From: Candidatus Fraserbacteria bacterium
GTDB taxonomy: Bacteria > Bipolaricaulota > Bipolaricaulia > RBG-16-55-9 > JANLFV01
Assembly: GCA_037446135.1 (NCBI GenBank)
Contig: JBBIJD010000005.1
Span: forward strand, 28,963 to 46,089
Direction: 5' to 3'
Length of the DNA stretch: 17,127 bases
The translations under genes and the position numbers were made by a program. Shown piece after piece: positions 16,560-17,127 of this stretch. Under the pieces are notes generated by a model that was given only the letters and a program-made list of their open reading frames with translations, was not told where the DNA came from and did not search any database. Numbering within the stretch: position 1 is the first letter of the stretch; each line of letters opens with the position of its first letter.

Positions 16560-16598
16560 GGCCCGGTGAGAAGAGGGGGAGCTCATCGGGCCTTTTTT
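16560..16598 (+). terminator. Intrinsic terminator overlapping the ridA 3' end
   Basis: GGCCCGGTGAG / CTCATCGGGCC stem then T6. Confidence 0.75.
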
Positions 16599-16969
16599 AT
16601 TGCGATCCCCTCGAGCTCGAGTGGGGCCCCCTTGGGGAGTCCAGCCACCTGGACGAAGGAGCGGGCCGGAGGCTCCCACGGGAAATAACCGGCATAGACC
16701 TCATTGATCGCGGCGAAGTCGCCCATGTCAGTGACATAGATGGTGACTTTCACCAGGTCGTCCATCTCCGCCCCGGCGGACTCGAGGATCGCCTTGAGGT
16801 TCTCCAGGCACTGGCGGGCCTTCGCCCGGATGTCGCCCTCTACTAAGTTCCCCTCAGGGTCGAGCGGCAACTGGCCCGAGGTGAAGATAAGCCCCTCAGC
16901 GATGATCCCTTGGGAGTAGGGCCCGATCGCGGGCGGAGCCTTCGGGCTGCTGACAGATTGCTTCTTCAT
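16583..16969 (-). CDS. ridA: RidA/YjgF/UK114 family enamine/imine deaminase
   Basis: APPAIGPYSQ, SGQLP, VKVTIY, NEVYA, PPARS (catalytic Arg), LPKGA; start ATG 16969 or GTG 16972 after AAGGAGG. Confidence 0.93.
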   Translation of the reverse strand: MKKQSVSSPKAPPAIGPYSQGIIAEGLIFTSGQLPLDPEGNLVEGDIRAKARQCLENLKAILESAGAEMDDLVKVTIYVTDMGDFAAINEVYAGYFPWEPPARSFVQVAGLPKGAPLELEGIAIKKAR

Positions 16970-16990
16970 CACGAGCTTCTCCTCCTTCTT

Positions 16991-17020
16991 TATATAGAGT
17001 CCATCGGGATGAGCTGTCAA
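16991..17020 (-). promoter_or_regulatory. Putative promoter of ridA
   Basis: TTGACA (17020-17015) - 18 nt - TATATA (16996-16991). Confidence 0.55.
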
Positions 17021-17080
17021 GTCTGCCCCCTGTTGCCGGGGGCTCCACGATTTCACCTCCATAGTTCCTATATTCTCCTC

Positions 17081-17111
17081 TTGAAAATTACCCCCTCCCT
17101 TGTGCTATAAA
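17081..17111 (+). promoter_or_regulatory. Putative promoter of a gene beyond the window
   Basis: Extended -10 TGcTATAAA (17103-17111); TTGAAA at 17081 with 19 nt spacing. Confidence 0.45.
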
Positions 17112-17127
17112 CAACTTAAAGCTTGGC

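Noticed and set aside
1..17127. CRISPR array, tRNA, rRNA, IS or defence genes
   Set aside because: No spaced direct repeats, cloverleaf motifs, terminal inverted repeats or nuclease/transposase ORFs seen by eye

Overview
GC-rich bacterial chromosomal window with no mobile element, CRISPR array or structural RNA gene recognisable. Genes in order: MFS transporter; Crp/Fnr regulator; Tat-exported LivJ/K-type binding protein converging on a livG-livF-livH-livM operon; yebC; a NitT/TauT-like ABC unit (duplicated permease, ATPase, stand-alone AAA-associated domain); dcd; yajC-secD (no secF); dinB with a Trbp111/CsaA-like gene; a secreted coiled-coil membrane-anchored protein; ridA. The most notable signal is non-coding. 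Both halves of the split hydrophobic-amino-acid ABC transporter are preceded by the same architecture: near-consensus sigma70 promoter, short unannotated leader ORF with a shared I-[G/S]-Y-(S)-F-x-W-x-I motif, a strong hairpin right after the stop codon, and a GNRA-capped intrinsic terminator. This suggests twin translation-coupled attenuators. The Crp/Fnr gene also carries two FNR-like boxes over its own promoter. All calls are by eye; no database searches or folding programs were run.
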